Of a stretch of DNA of 64,000 bases, positions 12,652 through 25,900 are shown one piece after another (position 1 is the first letter of the stretch; every line of letters starts with the position of its first letter). The notes beneath the pieces are model-generated. The model saw only the letters and a list, made by a program, of their open reading frames with translations, did not search any database and was not told the origin of the DNA. A program made the translations under genes and the position numbers. Source of the DNA: Phoronis australis (taxonomy: Eukaryota; Animalia; Phoronida); NCBI GenBank assembly GCA_002633005.1, contig NMRA01000316.1:13598-77597 (forward strand). Direction: 5' to 3'.

Positions 12652-13256
12652 ATGTCGCATATACGGGATTTCTGTTAGTGAGACCAAAAACCGCCCCAAA
12701 AAGTTTCGTTGTTTATTGTGACATGGGTTGGACGATTATTCAGCGCAGGTTTGATGGAAGTTTGGATTTCCATAAAACGTGGACGGAATACAAAGTTGGA
12801 TTTGGAGAATTGGACGGTGAAATGTGGCTCGGCAATGACAACATTCACTACATCACCCAGCAAGGACAGTACAAGATACAGTACACTGTCACGCTATGGA
12901 ATGGCTCAGACATAACACTTGATCACAACTTCTTTGCAATTGCCAGTGAGAGAGAAAAGTATAGGATCAATGTATCAACTCCATGGCCGACGTCTGAAAT
13001 GTTAGACGGCTTGGAGATCTTCAACGGTAATAAATTCAGCACCTTCGACTCGGACAGTGATAAATGCAACTGCAATTGCGCTCTTCAGAATAGTGGTGGG
13101 TGGTGGTACAAGAGCTGTTGTAAGCTCTGCCCCAATAACTTCTACCCCCACGGTCAAAATTGTCCGAGAATTTTCAACAGGTGTATGAAGCTTCAATATA
13201 AAAACTCAAACAATTTCTTGTTGAAGTGCACCACCTTCAAAATAAAGAGGGCTTGA
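12652..13256 (+). CDS. PAN-FReD gene exon 3: fibrinogen-related domain (FBG/FReD, ficolin/tenascin/ANGPTL-like)
   Basis: Acceptor tacttttgcag|AT, phase 1 matching exon 2. Motifs VYCDM, GWTIIQRRFDGSLDF, WTEYKVGFG, GEMWLGNDNIH, FSTFDSDSD, NCA...GGWWY. Spliced CDS 291+25+605=921 nt, 306 aa, no internal stop. Confidence 0.93.
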
Positions 13257-16200
13257 TCATCCCTGCGGCTTCAGAGGAAGATATATAAGGACGCATTACC
13301 AATTGAATGAGGCTTTTCTTTATCTTTTTAATGTTCACATAGAAAAACAAAATGTACTATAGTTGGAGTTAAATATAATAAGCGTGATATGGGAGTCAAA
13401 TTATTACACGCACACACCCGTATGTTTTAGTGCAATGGGAGGAATCTGGTTTTAACGGCAAAAGAGGACGTCGCAGCAGTGGCCTTCTTCTTTGAAGCGT
13501 TTCAGACTGCATGGTGGAGCCAGTAGTTAATAGTGAAGAAACTGCGTCCCAAGGCTCATGTTTAAAGATAATGTATTACAGTATAGTAAATAGAACCCAA
13601 GGGTAGTGTGTGCATCAGATCGAGAAGTATGACATATTCACGAATCCCTTCAAACTGAGGACATACCACAGCTGGTGTTTAACGAACATCAGTACAGAAT
13701 CGAGTATTGTATATGTATTTGTTTGTTTTTAAACTGAGGACATGCATTTTGATTAATGTTTTGAATCTCTTATGGACTTTCTTACCCGTTTTAATGAATT
13801 GTTTTAATTATCGTCTATCTATATTGTACACGTTGCTGATTTCAGGTAATTTTAAGAAACATACTAGCCAGCTTCTAGGAATTACCCAATCATTTCCTGG
13901 ACAGCAATGGTGACTGACTCCATGTTAGCTTTGAAAAAATAAAGCAAATATTTTGCATTCAAAGAAATACTTGAGTAATTCAACATTTGTCGAGATAGTA
14001 AGTCTATTAGTTGGTAACTAGAAACTGTTTTTGTGGAAAAACATTGAATAAGTAAGGTAGAAGCATTTTAATCATCCCAAATATAAAAATAGAACAACAA
14101 TAATGAATAAACTGATATAATCACACCCTTGTTCAACAAAAAGAGAAATATTGACACAAGTTCAAGTTCTTTTTCGGCCTTCAGAACATTTCACATGTTC
14201 AAAGTTATTGACACAAGGAAATTATCAAGTTCTCAAGTGGAGAATAAATTAGTTTTATTCCTTTCCTAGAGGAACATAAAATTCCAAATCTAATATCAGA
14301 AAATGTCAGCAAATATGTCGCGTTAAGTAGTCACTAGATTTCTTGATACAGTAACCCCCGTTTCATTATTCTTTATGGCGTCTTTTCTAACCCATTGTCC
14401 ATTTCGTGAGATTTCATTGTCACGCGTGGTCAAGTAAATGTTTCAAAAATCCAAATGGAAGAACGGTGGGTTTCTGCAGTAATGTGACATTAAGTTTGTA
14501 AAAATATTCCTGTTTAAATGGGATTGGTGGATTTTTTAACAATGCAAGAACTGGACAGCAAAAAGAGGAACATTCGGACAGAAAATGAGAGTGAGTGATG
14601 CTTTTCTTTTTGCTGATACCATACTTTATTGCATTTGATGCCCGAGTCCCAAAGTACAATAACAAACATTTATACAAGCAACATTAAGTACTAGACATCG
14701 AGTAAAACAATTTTCTCTACGCACTGTGGCTAAATAAAACAACCCAAGAATGTTTACATCATGAGTCATCATAATCTTTTTGAAGTATAGGGGTTATGCC
14801 TACTTTTAAAGAAACTAGACTACTTTAGTGAGACCTCTCTACAGCCACAACACCTAATCAGGAAACTGGCCAAGATGGATCCGTAACTCTAGTGACTCTT
14901 ATAAGGGAAGGCAATTTTATTAAGAAGCTGAAATTAACATGAATGCTACATCAAGATCTTGAAGCAAAGAAACATATTTGACAATTTTTGAATAGTAAAA
15001 AGGTGCATAAACGACCATGTAGATACCCACATTGAGTGTTAATGAAGCTGTGAACACATGCCGGACTGAACCAATGTTATGAATATTTCAAGACTCTGTC
15101 CTCGCATACAGTATTCCCTAACTGCACCAACTGTATAAAGGTTTTGGGAGAAAGATGAATACGTGTTACTATTTAAAACCTAACCGGCATTTCTGAAATG
15201 CAACCCCAGAGAACACCTAAAACGAATAACATTCCAGAGACTGCATGAAACTATAACTTCAAATTCCCTTCTATCTGTCAAAAATGATCTCAGGTTTTTG
15301 ATAACACGGAATACCTAAATGAATAAAAGTTACTTAGAATAAACACCTCACAATATTGGCCTTAATTTCCGAAAAACTTTGTTTTGCTTTTCCAAACTTA
15401 CAGTATCACAGCTTTCAACCCTATTCCAGGGAGAGAGTCAAAATTCCGTCACCGCGTTTTGCCCGAAACTTTAAGACAGGCTTTTTGATAGATTCTGAAA
15501 ATCCCTGAAATGTTGGCGGATGTACTTTCCCTTTTATTATGAAAAACTAATGACTGAGACTCGAAAACAAGCTAATTTATTTCACTTCATACCATGTAAT
15601 ACTGGATAATTAGCCTTAAACGGCATTCGCTTATCACAAGTAAAAACTTTTGAACGGCTTCCTTGCTCTTCACTAAAATGCCGTGGATAAAAAGGTGATT
15701 TTTGTCTAAGATAAAAATTAATTTTCAGAAAACACCAAAAGAAAGAGAACAATAGCATTCGTGTGAAAATTTGACCCTGCCCTTTCTTTAATCATGTCTT
15801 AATTTTTGTAAAACTTACCTCTCTCCCACAATTTTGACTATACTCGGTCGCTGCTAGTTTTCGAAACTGCCGATGGGGCGTGGCGATTAAATGTCATGTA
15901 ATGCTAAATTTGGCATATTCTTGGATACGTTTGTGCTTTACAAAATGTTTTAATGGGCCAAAGTCACAGGACAAACTGATGGACAACTGATTGAGCGAAC
16001 AGAGTTTGATGTATAGGATAACAGCTCAAATCACTTTGGTTCGAGACTAGTTAACATCAGATGCTCGTTCGCAGGAAAATCCATCTCTAAGTGATCAACT
16101 CTTATGTGTCTTTACAAGAGGGAAATACAACAGACGTTTTATCAACAAGATGGCTTTTATTTACCACTAAGCCTATCTCCATTCACGAGAGCCATGTGCA

Positions 16201-16296
16201 CATACAAACAGCGCCATCTATAATCTATGTCATTCGTCGCTCTTTTCCTTTAACAAATACTAAAATGAACAGAGAGTGACACTGACTACCTAATAA

Positions 16297-16720
16297 CTAT
16301 AAACGCATAACACAACTATTGTGAACTAATGCTTGTTTGGAAAGTAAAACGTCTTCACTATATCTAATTGGCTTATTTGCCACACAACCTAATCCAATTC
16401 TATAAGGAGAATCCGACTGGGCAATCTTACCATGTTGATTTTCAGGATGTTTTGTGATTTCCTGATATGATCCTTCGTGAACACACGATTCATTTTCCGT
16501 TGGTGCTTCAGGTGCGGAGACTGTGTGTGCGCTCTCTTCAACTGACATCATTGGATGACGGTCGAGTGTACATGCAGGCCTATGCGTGACCTTCTCAGTA
16601 GTCGAAGTGTTCGCCTGCAGGTGATTCCTGTTACTTCTGATCACGTGGCGTGTCGTCAGATCTCTGATGAAGTACGACCGTTCTGCGACGGACTGTTTTA
16701 TCACTAAGGCTGGGTCCTAC
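16297..16720 (-). mobile_element. Ty3/Gypsy pol (integrase C-terminal) remnant
   Basis: ERSYFIRDLTTRHVIRSNRNHL resembles the RSY...RRNRxHL motif, and PYRIGLGCVANKPIRY resembles the TRSGRxxxxPxRY tail of invertebrate Gypsy pol. Confidence 0.6.
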
Positions 16721-16884
16721 TTTCCCTTCTGAGAACTTTGCATTATATCGAGATTAGTATTTGAATACTTTTGCATATCGAGAATCGTGATATATAATAA
16801 CGCAGTGGTACAAACACGTACGTTGTATAACCTATATATTTTATAGAGATCAATAAAAGTATACATCCAAGTCATGAAATCAAA

Positions 16885-17160
16885 AACAAAAGAGTCCGCT
16901 TTTTATAACTATAGTAAGTAGAGAGGTTAGCTTCAGGTAGCAATATAATAGATACAACAACTTAGCCTGCTTTTTATAACTACCGTAAGTAAAGAGGTTA
17001 GCTTCAGGTAGCAATACAATAGATATAACATGAGCCTGCTTTTTATAAGTATAGTAAGTAGAGAGGTGAGCTTCAGGTAGCAATACAATAGATATAACAA
17101 GAGTCTGCTTTTTATAAGTATAGTAAGTAGAGAGGTGAGCTTCAGATAGCAATACAATAG
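16885..17160. repeat. Minisatellite, ~4 x 69 bp
   Basis: gcttcag(g/a)tagcaata recurs at ~16930, 17001, 17070 and 17139, giving the 23-aa periodicity of the spurious ORFs. Confidence 0.92.
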
Positions 17161-20100
17161 GTATTATAAAATCATGAGCCATGGAGGATAAAATTGTGGT
17201 CATTATCAATTATGTCCTATTACTTCACTTAAGAGCTTTTAAAGCAGTACTGTATGGTGCTCAGTAGATGGGGGTGTTTCACTGGGCTCATTCGTGGCGT
17301 AGCTGAGATCTATTGGCTGGAAAAGTATCACTTACATTACAACAAATACAACATGCAGGAAAAATATGTGGCATCAGCAATATTGTCTGTGCAGCGTCAT
17401 TCACTCTTTCCCATTAATGCAGCTAAGTAACCACCCATCGGAGTAAAGTTGCTTTGGAATAACGCCTCATTGGTATATTTTTCAAGTAATGACCCTTCGG
17501 ACTATAGGTCCTTCGAAGTACAATGAAGGCCCATCACAGTAAAGACCTAAGCCCATACCAGTCTACTGGTCTTAATAAACATCACAGCATTTCCCCTTAC
17601 AAGGTCCTCACATTTGCTGTTTATCACCTATTCCTTGGATCTGAATGTATAAACACTGAAGTGAATTAAAGAAATGAAAGAAATTACAGTTTAGATCCAA
17701 TCATAGAATAGAAACACAAGTTATCAGTAGGCCCTAAGTCATGAAACACATGCAGGACAATTTCGGTTATAGTTTGATAGGTGGGTCCCTCACTCAAAAT
17801 TGATTTGAGAACCAGTTACTACCTCTAAATAACGGGCGTAATTCATTGGGTAAAATTGGCTCTAAAATCAAGTACCCATCATCCCGGCCACTTATCTGAT
17901 TACAAATCACTCTGCCAACATAATTAGCTGACTGGCAGCATTTTCACAAAAAGAATTCTTTGTATCACTCGTATATCTCACCTGTCTTTATCATTGGGGA
18001 GAAGTGCAAGTCCCGAGTTTTCAACTGACTGTTGCTGCAGCGCAAAAAACTCCTCTGATCCTCTTTTTAGGAACTGCAGCCACCATATCTTATTTTGAAG
18101 TTACTTGACACAGCACTACTCTTAGAAGTATTAACTATGGGAAATCTATATGAACTACATAGATAAAATATATTGTCTCTGTGACCACTGACCACGAGTA
18201 TCGCCATATTCCTTTTTCGCATTCACACCCGCTAGACGTCTCTACGGTCCACGAAACAACAATGGCCGCCAGTGGCCTTCCAATAGGATTTCGCTAGGTG
18301 AAACGTCTCCCTCTCTACGGTCTCTGATATAGCAAAAACGGGTAATGAGGCTAAATCTCGCGATATAATACCGGTTCATAGCCGCGCCAAAAGTAAACCG
18401 CGGAAAAACGGTTCGTTATTGTTTTGATTTGAATGAGTTTCGTAGCAGTTAGGATTACCTTCTTAAAATGGTAATTATAATCCTTGTAGCTGCGAAAATC
18501 CGTATTTGTCGACTCGTTTATGTATCAAAATAAAGACTTAGCTCCCTTGTCATACATACTTGGGGAATGCCCAATCGATGAAATCCCCGAGTAGAATTGC
18601 TACGTATGCGGACGATAATGGGGTACTTGTAGTATTAATTGAAGCAATTTAAAAAAAGTCATTGAAACGATTTAGTTATCACTAAGTGAACATAAAAAGT
18701 TCACTGCACGATTAAAATAAATAAAACTAGTAGAAGAGGCACAATTGACAGATCAGCTGATTGCACCATTGTCGTTCCTACACTGAACTGCAATTTGATT
18801 GCTTATTGGCCCTGTACTTCAGCCAAGTTTATAGTAGATCTTCGAGATATTATGGCAGGATTAGCAACTGGAAAAGTGTTGGCACATTTGAATATCAACT
18901 TCACTGTTAAAGATGAGAAAACAGATTGTTGAGCTGACGGAAATGTTCGGAATAAATGACGTGCACTAGATTACAATGCCAGAACAGCAACAGTTTTTTC
19001 GCAGGACGACAGTGATGACGTTACTAATGATGAATAAAGTAGTGGTGACGTTTTTAGTACTGGTTCCAGTTAATGATATAGTTAAAAGGAAATTATCAAG
19101 TTGTGTATGTGACCGTGTGAAACGCTTGCAAAACAAGGGGTTAACTTCCAACGTGGCAATAATTGTGGTAATCGACGAAGGACACATTGTGCTACAATGG
19201 TGAATTTAATGCAGAAAAAAATGATTCCAAAAATATCTATTCACATCGCAATAGGTTCCACAGCGCCAAATATTTATACATCTTTTAATAAACTATTGAC
19301 CCGAAATTTCCCAATCTGTGCCTGGAAGTTTTATGGAAAACTGGAAAAGCTGCCAAAAAATAATCGAAAACATAATTTGTTCAATGTGCTAAATAAAAAT
19401 AAAAAATCCAAACCAAAAGACATGACAACCTGGAATTAACTTGGAACCCTGTAGCCCTTTTAGGGCACACTAAAGTATAAAAAACGGAAGCACAGAGTCG
19501 GAAATTCACCTCATTAAAATCAGATTTTCACGGATCATTGTAGTGTCAGAATTGACCATTGATTTCTGATTTTTGACAGAGACACCATCAGTGATATTGT
19601 TATCAAAGCAACAAATGTACAGAGAATGTCATTCAGGCATGCATTCTCAACCTTAACTATATGTACAGGTAGGAAATCCAAAATCTATAACATTTTAAAT
19701 CTTTGTACGGTTAAAAGTAATCAAACAATAGTGTCTTATCAGATGGCACAAGTTCCCTTGGTGTGTATCCGGCTAACCAATTAAAATATTACTCTTTGAT
19801 TGAAACTCCCTGAAGCATATTAAGCACAAACTGGGGTCATTCAGTGGCTACCTCCGTATGCAACTGATTTTGACAACACACACATCATTTCTTTTGAGGA
19901 AACACCCCTGCAGCTTACATATCAGAGATTCTCTCAAGATTTTTAGATCAAACGCAATATGTCACGACTCTTCAACCACAGGGGCACTAACACTCTTATC
20001 ATCTGCCTCACAGTCATTAACTGAAATGGACTATGGTGTTTTGGTGTCATTTGTGCATTCTTCTTTTTTATTGAAATATTGTTAACATATCAGTTTCTGT

Positions 20101-20259
20101 AACTCTATCGTTTTGCAAAATATTGCTCCCAACTTCTACTCACACTGGCCTATGGCCTCAATTCCGAATATGCACGTGTACAATACATAAACAGTTCCAT
20201 TGATCAATTGTTGTTTAAAATGACACGACTTTACAAGTACGCATACTGCTGTTTGTATG

Positions 20260-20422
20260 CATGGGCGCTCCAGGGGGACACAGGAAATCGGTGCAGATGC
20301 ACAATTCGTAGGCCTGAACCTAGTACCCCCGTGTTTTTTAATCCTCGTTGATTTCATTCAGTAAAGGGTCCCCATACCGAGAAATTGGAGGCCCCCTTTA
20401 TTTTAGGCTGGGTGCGCGCATG
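20260..20422. mobile_element. MITE, CATG-ended family, 5-bp TSD GTATG
   Basis: gtatg|catgggcgctccag ... ctgggtgcgcgcatg|gtatg. Confidence 0.8.
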
Positions 20423-20439
20423 GTATGCTGATCGATTTC

Positions 20440-20690
20440 CATGCGCGCACCCAGCCTTTAATATGAGGGGCTCGAATTTCTGACGATGTGGACCTTTTGC
20501 TGACAAAAAAATGGGAGGACTAAAAAAACAGGGCACCACCTTCAGTGTGAGTTTGCGCCTACTTAGTGTAATTTTATCTCGTTTTCCCGGACTTTTTGTT
20601 TCTCTGAGGCGTACCTTTTTGCTCACTTCGCCAAATTTTTCTACTTGGAGTTGAAGTGTTTCATACGCGTGCCTCAAATCTTTTTGTTTG
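20440..20690. mobile_element. MITE of the CATG-ended family, right end not found
   Basis: Starts catgcgcgcacccagcc; internal sequence matches 38215-38410. Confidence 0.7.
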
Positions 20691-21959
20691 AAATTTAAAG
20701 CAAGTGGCGTTCAAGAAATTTTTAGACCCATACTAAAAACTTTGGGAATGCAGTGATGTAATGGCGCGCCGGAGAGCCCAGGCCCTAGCAGCACTCATTG
20801 AGAATTTCAGCCAAAGCACTAGGAATTTTGTCTTTGCAATGTTTTATATGACCTTTTCAGCAATGCGTGGGTCACATGTTTACATTGTTTTTGGTACCAG
20901 TATTTTAAAACCTCATTAGTATTTAAAATTTCAAATTTTATTCTTAAAATTCCCCGGCTTCAATAAAACCACCGTGCTTTTGTTTACATAGCGTTCATCA
21001 TCAATATGGTGGACCGTGTGTCACGCGCTGTCTGGCTTGCGGGTATATATAGCCGCGTCGTCTCTATGTATATACCTCATTGGTCGGACGAGACTCTTCG
21101 TGCTCAAAATACGTATATGACTTTCCACTTGATAAAGACCGTGTCCGATTTCGGGGCGTGGGGCGAGACCTCTTGATAACCATGCACTTATCATTATTTT
21201 TGGTGCAATACCTTTAGGAATAGTGTTAATGAAACACATTACGCGCCCATACTAGGTCTACTCGTAGTGAGGTGATGTGTGAATCCTCCTGCTCATCAAC
21301 GCTACAACCCGCACATAAATGTATTGTTGACCCACATTTGAGTTGAAAGGTTGTCTGCTTTGAGTAGCACATGCTACAAATTACTTGTGAAAGAATTTGA
21401 ACAAGCTTCATCTTTTTTCTCAGGCACTACGTATTCGAGAAAATGCTCGTACAAAATAGCGTGGTTCTTAAAAGAGTGATTGGTGATCAGAGGCATATAT
21501 TCAAAAAGAAATACTTGTGGTGCGTTAAATGAAAATGAACTTTGTTAGAGCTACCGTTTTTATCATGAGGTTGGTGATTTTCTGTGCATGAAGCATGTGA
21601 TAAGCCACAATAACGAACAATGAGATTGATGACCTACGCCATCAATCCCTATTTTCGGGCAAGTTTAGTGTCTCAATATCCCGCAGGAGGAGCTAGGTGT
21701 TCTCTCATTTACTTCTGTCCAGCGACGCCAATTCTACACCCATTTCTAGCGTAAGTTTTTCCAAATTTCACAATTCTCCATTTTTCCCTCCGTCCCTACC
21801 CGTATGGACCAAAGTCTTCTGCCGGTCATTGGTATTGTTTCAGCGCCTACTGGAACCACTACAACAGTACATATTTGACACGCCGCTATAAAGAGGGCAC
21901 TAGAACTTGCTCAGATCACGGGAACCCGAATGAACTTCTGTTACCAGCTTCGCAGCTGG

Positions 21960-22550
21960 ACACCCTCACACCGGCAACGGCTCCATCAGGGATAAGCTAG
22001 ACCGTGACCACCGTTTCTAGCTGGCCCAGTAGAGACGGTGTAGCTTCATACCCTGGAAGCATCGGAAAATTGTGCTTACGCCGACTAAAACATCAAAGTC
22101 ACGCTGTTGTAAATACCTTTGGCGCATATAGAAACACCTTAGGAGGCCGTCGATGTCTTTCATTACTCCCGTTATCAAACGTTTTCCTCAAGCTGTCCCT
22201 TTTTCATTTCCCAAAATCGGTAACTGGCCGTTTTCGCACTGCGCACGCCGGGGGATTTGACGTCATGCCGAGAGCATTGTTAAAATTACCAATTCCCGAT
22301 TTTGGTAAGTGAACGAGGAATTGCTCGAAGAAAAAGTTTGATAACGGGAGTATTTAATCGAGTTAGAAGGAATTAAAGATATCGACGACCTCCCAAGGTG
22401 TCCCTCCGTGCGCAAAAGGTACTTATAATAACGTGATTAATTTATTAATCACTGAATTTGAAGCATAATTCGCCGAAAAATTTCCGTCTCAACTGGGCCA
22501 CCTAGAGACGTTGGTCCCTGTCTAGCGATAAGCGTGCCGGAACACCACCT
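21960..22550. mobile_element. Palindromic (foldback) MITE-like element
   Basis: tactcccgttatcaaac / gtttgataacgggagta; acaccttaggaggccgtcgat / atcgacgacctcccaaggtgt; tggcccagtagagacgg / ccgtctcaactgggcca. Confidence 0.75.
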
Positions 22551-23069
22551 TCCATTACTATGTGCCCACATAGCGACAGTACTGCTCACCCAGACTGTCT
22601 GCACTGGCCAAATTAACGTTACCAATCTCCGGTAGGTCGATCTGCTCACTCAGTTTAGCCGAAAGTCCATACTCAGTATTGCCCAGTTGGCGGTTATGTG
22701 TACACCTAGTACTGTATGTAATATTTTAGCTCAATTGGTCGTTTGTGTACCCCTTTGGTACTGTTAGTGTATATTATATCAATGTCCATTTGACAGTTTG
22801 TGTACATAAATGCCGTTGTAATCGAGCCCGTTTAGAAGGGAATCGGCAAATACTCATCTGGTGTCGCGTACCCATTTGGTACACACTATCTACGGCTTTG
22901 TCGTACCCATCTGAAACCTGATCGTCTTATCTGGTTTGTGGCATCCTGTACCCTGCCAAACAGATACACGCCACCACTTCTGTATAGAGCCGTGACCCAG
23001 AAACTGTCAACAAACCTCTAAACTTCATCGAAACTACCCTCCACTTGTGTTATTTTCCCTAATGACGGA

Positions 23070-24540
23070 GCTCTGAAAAGCAGTAAAATGTATCAACTGT
23101 TACGGTTTACGTCACTGCTATATTTTACATTGCTTGGCCTCTCCTAAAATGCAACATGTTGTATATTATTGTTACAATTTACGTCGAATGTACACGTGAG
23201 AAATTTACTGTTACATTTCACGAAAGCGACGTCATACATTTCATGAGCTTGCATGGTATTTGTCATACGTAGGAACATCGTTCACTCATTTAACGGCTTC
23301 TTTCTCGGATTGTTTGAATGAAATTCTGCGAAATGTGCCAGCTCAAATTTATAGTTGTGTCTATAACTTTTTAATTTAAAATTACAATTAAATTTCTCAT
23401 TTTATATATCTGCGTTTGTCCGAAGTACATGTAAATAAAGACAGAGATTGGATATTCTAGTATTAATGGACCTGCAGTCACGTGTCTAACGTGGCACCAT
23501 TTTTGTCTTGCAGCTCGCTGTGAACAACACACGTGGTTGTAGGCAGATAAGGGAATTTTTTGGTGTATTAACCCTTTAGCAAAATCGCACAAAAAGCGCA
23601 TATTAAACACCGCTGTCTTAGACAGTGACCGTTTTTTGTTCCCCACAACTCATTTTCAATGAAACCTAGTTGAAATCACTTAGTCAAATCACTGTGTTCT
23701 TCTAAGAATGTAGCGGCCCCTTCCACATAAAATTGCATGCACGCGGCTCGAACGAGCCCTCCCTCCCCGTTTGACGAAGTGGACAAAAAGGTTCTCCTCA
23801 GAGAAAGAAAAAACTGAAAAAAGTAGAAAGGCAAGATGTACCAAGATTCGGCCAATGCACAACTCATAGCTCTGAACGTACGTCGTGAATTTTAGTGAAA
23901 GGTCCATATTCTCAAAAATTCGAGCCCCCAATTTTTTAGGTTGGGTGCGCATGAATTGGGATTGGGATTGCGATAACGATAGTAATAGTAGTAATTGCAG
24001 TAATTGTAATGTAATAGTAATAAAAATGTTAATGGTAAGCCAAATTCATGTCGGGTATCCTGTAGAAGTGGTATGCAAAGTGCCGCCAAAAAACAAAAAT
24101 ACTCTCCAAAATGGAGTCATTTTCGACAAAATACTATCTAAAAGCTGCCCTTTCTGAATTTCTGGAACAGAACTGTGCGAAAATGTGAATTTTTACACAA
24201 AATCACTCTCTAAATAGGTCACTGTTTTTGTCTTTGCCCAATCTCTAAATGGGTAGGTATCCAAATTTTCGGGTGGCGCCCTTCTCTCAAAAATACTCGA
24301 GTACCCTCGATCGTGTCAGATACCACTTATTCGTGATTTGGTCATTTACTTTGTGATATGAAGTTGATTTCGTAAAATGTAACAATGGTACATTTGTCGC
24401 CTGCCCATTCGACGTAAAATATAACAGTCACGTAAAATCTAACAACTTGTTACATTTTATGAGAGGCTCAGGCATGTAAAAAGTAACAATGACATAAAAT
24501 ATAACAGTTGTTACATTTTATGAAATTGTTACATTGTACA
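23070..24540. mobile_element. Non-autonomous DNA transposon with long imperfect inverted arms rich in gttacattt motifs, carrying a nested MITE
   Basis: 23085-23190 (aaaatgtatcaactgttac...ggcctctcctaaaatgcaaca...tttacgtcgaatg) is the reverse complement of ~24405-24520. Confidence 0.6.
23736..23953. mobile_element. MITE, CATG-ended family, 5-bp TSD AATTG
   Basis: aattg|catgcacgc ... gggtgcgcatg|aattg; internal match to the other copies in opposite orientation. Confidence 0.75.
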
Positions 24541-24789
24541 ATATACAGCGTTCCATGCGAAAAATGTAGCAAACGAAGTAGATTTAGAACAAGAAAACAA
24601 AATGTAGTATTAAAAGTGAATGCACTTGAAGGAAGCAATTGCAGTTACTCTATAAAATATCTATTTCTTTTTAATATACTAGACGCCAGTACAGAGTACG
24701 TGCAAGATACGCGCATTTCGCAAACAACAGAAGTATGAAAATGTCAAATCGACACATCAATTACGTTAGATGGGTCGAATTTGTCATTG

Positions 24790-25048
24790 ACTGGCACTTG
24801 AATGTACTATATTTGTTTGCTAGTGTCTCCGGTCTCCAATTGAATGTGGATAAAACAAAAGCCATATGGTTTGGGAGTAAAACTGGTAGTGATGACGTGA
24901 TTCCTACAAAAGAATTAGTCTGTCTTGGACAACAATTGATATTTTTGGGGTGGATTTTGGCTCTCAGTTGGATAGTATGACGCATAAGAACTTCACTGCA
25001 AGAATAACAGAGATTAAGTCTTTACTAAAAGGTGGCAGACGACGAAAT
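24790..25048 (+). mobile_element. L1/Tx1-like LINE reverse-transcriptase fragment (degenerate)
   Basis: LYLFASVSGLQLNVDKTKAIWFG matches the FxxxSGLxxNxxKT motif, followed by a frameshifted FLGVDF-like segment. Confidence 0.7.
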
Positions 25049-25900
25049 TGTTGTGATGTTATAGTTTTCTATGACGTCATCCTTTTGTGACGCCATTCTT
25101 AATTCCTGTCAATATATTTTACATTTCTTTTATACGTTTCTGCTTCTTTCTATTACAAAAAACATAACAGATTTTGGCGTACCTGGCAGGATATAAAAAA
25201 GATGGTGAGTTGTCTGGCATTATTTCGTTACAACAACAAATCAACCAACAGCTAGAGAGTCATCAGCGTTTTGCTGAGATGATCACTAGAAGGCTGATGC
25301 ACCAACCAACGACATCTACGTCAACTTTTGGTGCGTTCGACAGTTCAGTGCAACTCTGGAAGGATTATTGGTCCAGATTCCAAACATTTGCAGTGCACAC
25401 TCCATAACTATGGAAAAACTTTCACAAACTTTCTTGACGAATCAGACGTCTACAGTTTACAAATTGCTTGCAACTTTGGCAGAGTAGCCGACACCTTCCA
25501 AGGATATCAATCAATTGACAATCAAGGAAATTACAACATTTATGGAGAATCAATTCGATTCGAAGTATTTTGTAGTCCGGGAGCGATTCAAATTTTGGTC
25601 TAACACAAGAAGACCGCCAGGTGAGACAATGCAGGAGCTGGCAGCTCGTATTCGACAAGACGCTGCAAAATACGATTTTCCAACAATAACGGATCCTCAG
25701 GATGAAGCTATGAGAACTTGATTTACTTGTTCAATTAATAATAAGCCGGTCCTAAAAGCCTTTTTCAAAATAAAAGATGACGATTTATCTTTTAAGAAAG
25801 CCATAGAAATAGCAACAGAAACTGAAGAGGCGTCCAGAGTTGCAAAAGAAACGGTTTATGGAGATGCAGTGCTTAAGTTACAAAAGAAAAGGAGGGAAGA
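25049..25900 (+). mobile_element. Ty3/Gypsy LTR retrotransposon 5' part: ~121 bp LTR (25049-25169), tRNA-Ser-like PBS (25175-25192), disrupted gag
   Basis: LTR ends TGTTGTG...CATAACA; PBS tggcgtacctggcaggat versus TGGCGTAGTCGGCAGGAT. Gag peptides FDSSVQLWKDYWSRFQTF and VRERFKFW...PGETMQELAARIRQ, with a frameshift and a stop. Confidence 0.85.

Noticed and set aside
12678-13256. FReD ORF as a stand-alone gene starting at 12678
   Set aside because: The start is GTG, there is no signal peptide, the first domain Cys is missing, and an acceptor lies at 12651.
16880-17209. Repeat-protein-like ORFs
   Set aside because: Translation of a 69-bp minisatellite.
25175-25192. tRNA-like sequence
   Set aside because: Only the 18-nt primer-binding site of the LTR element, not a tRNA gene.
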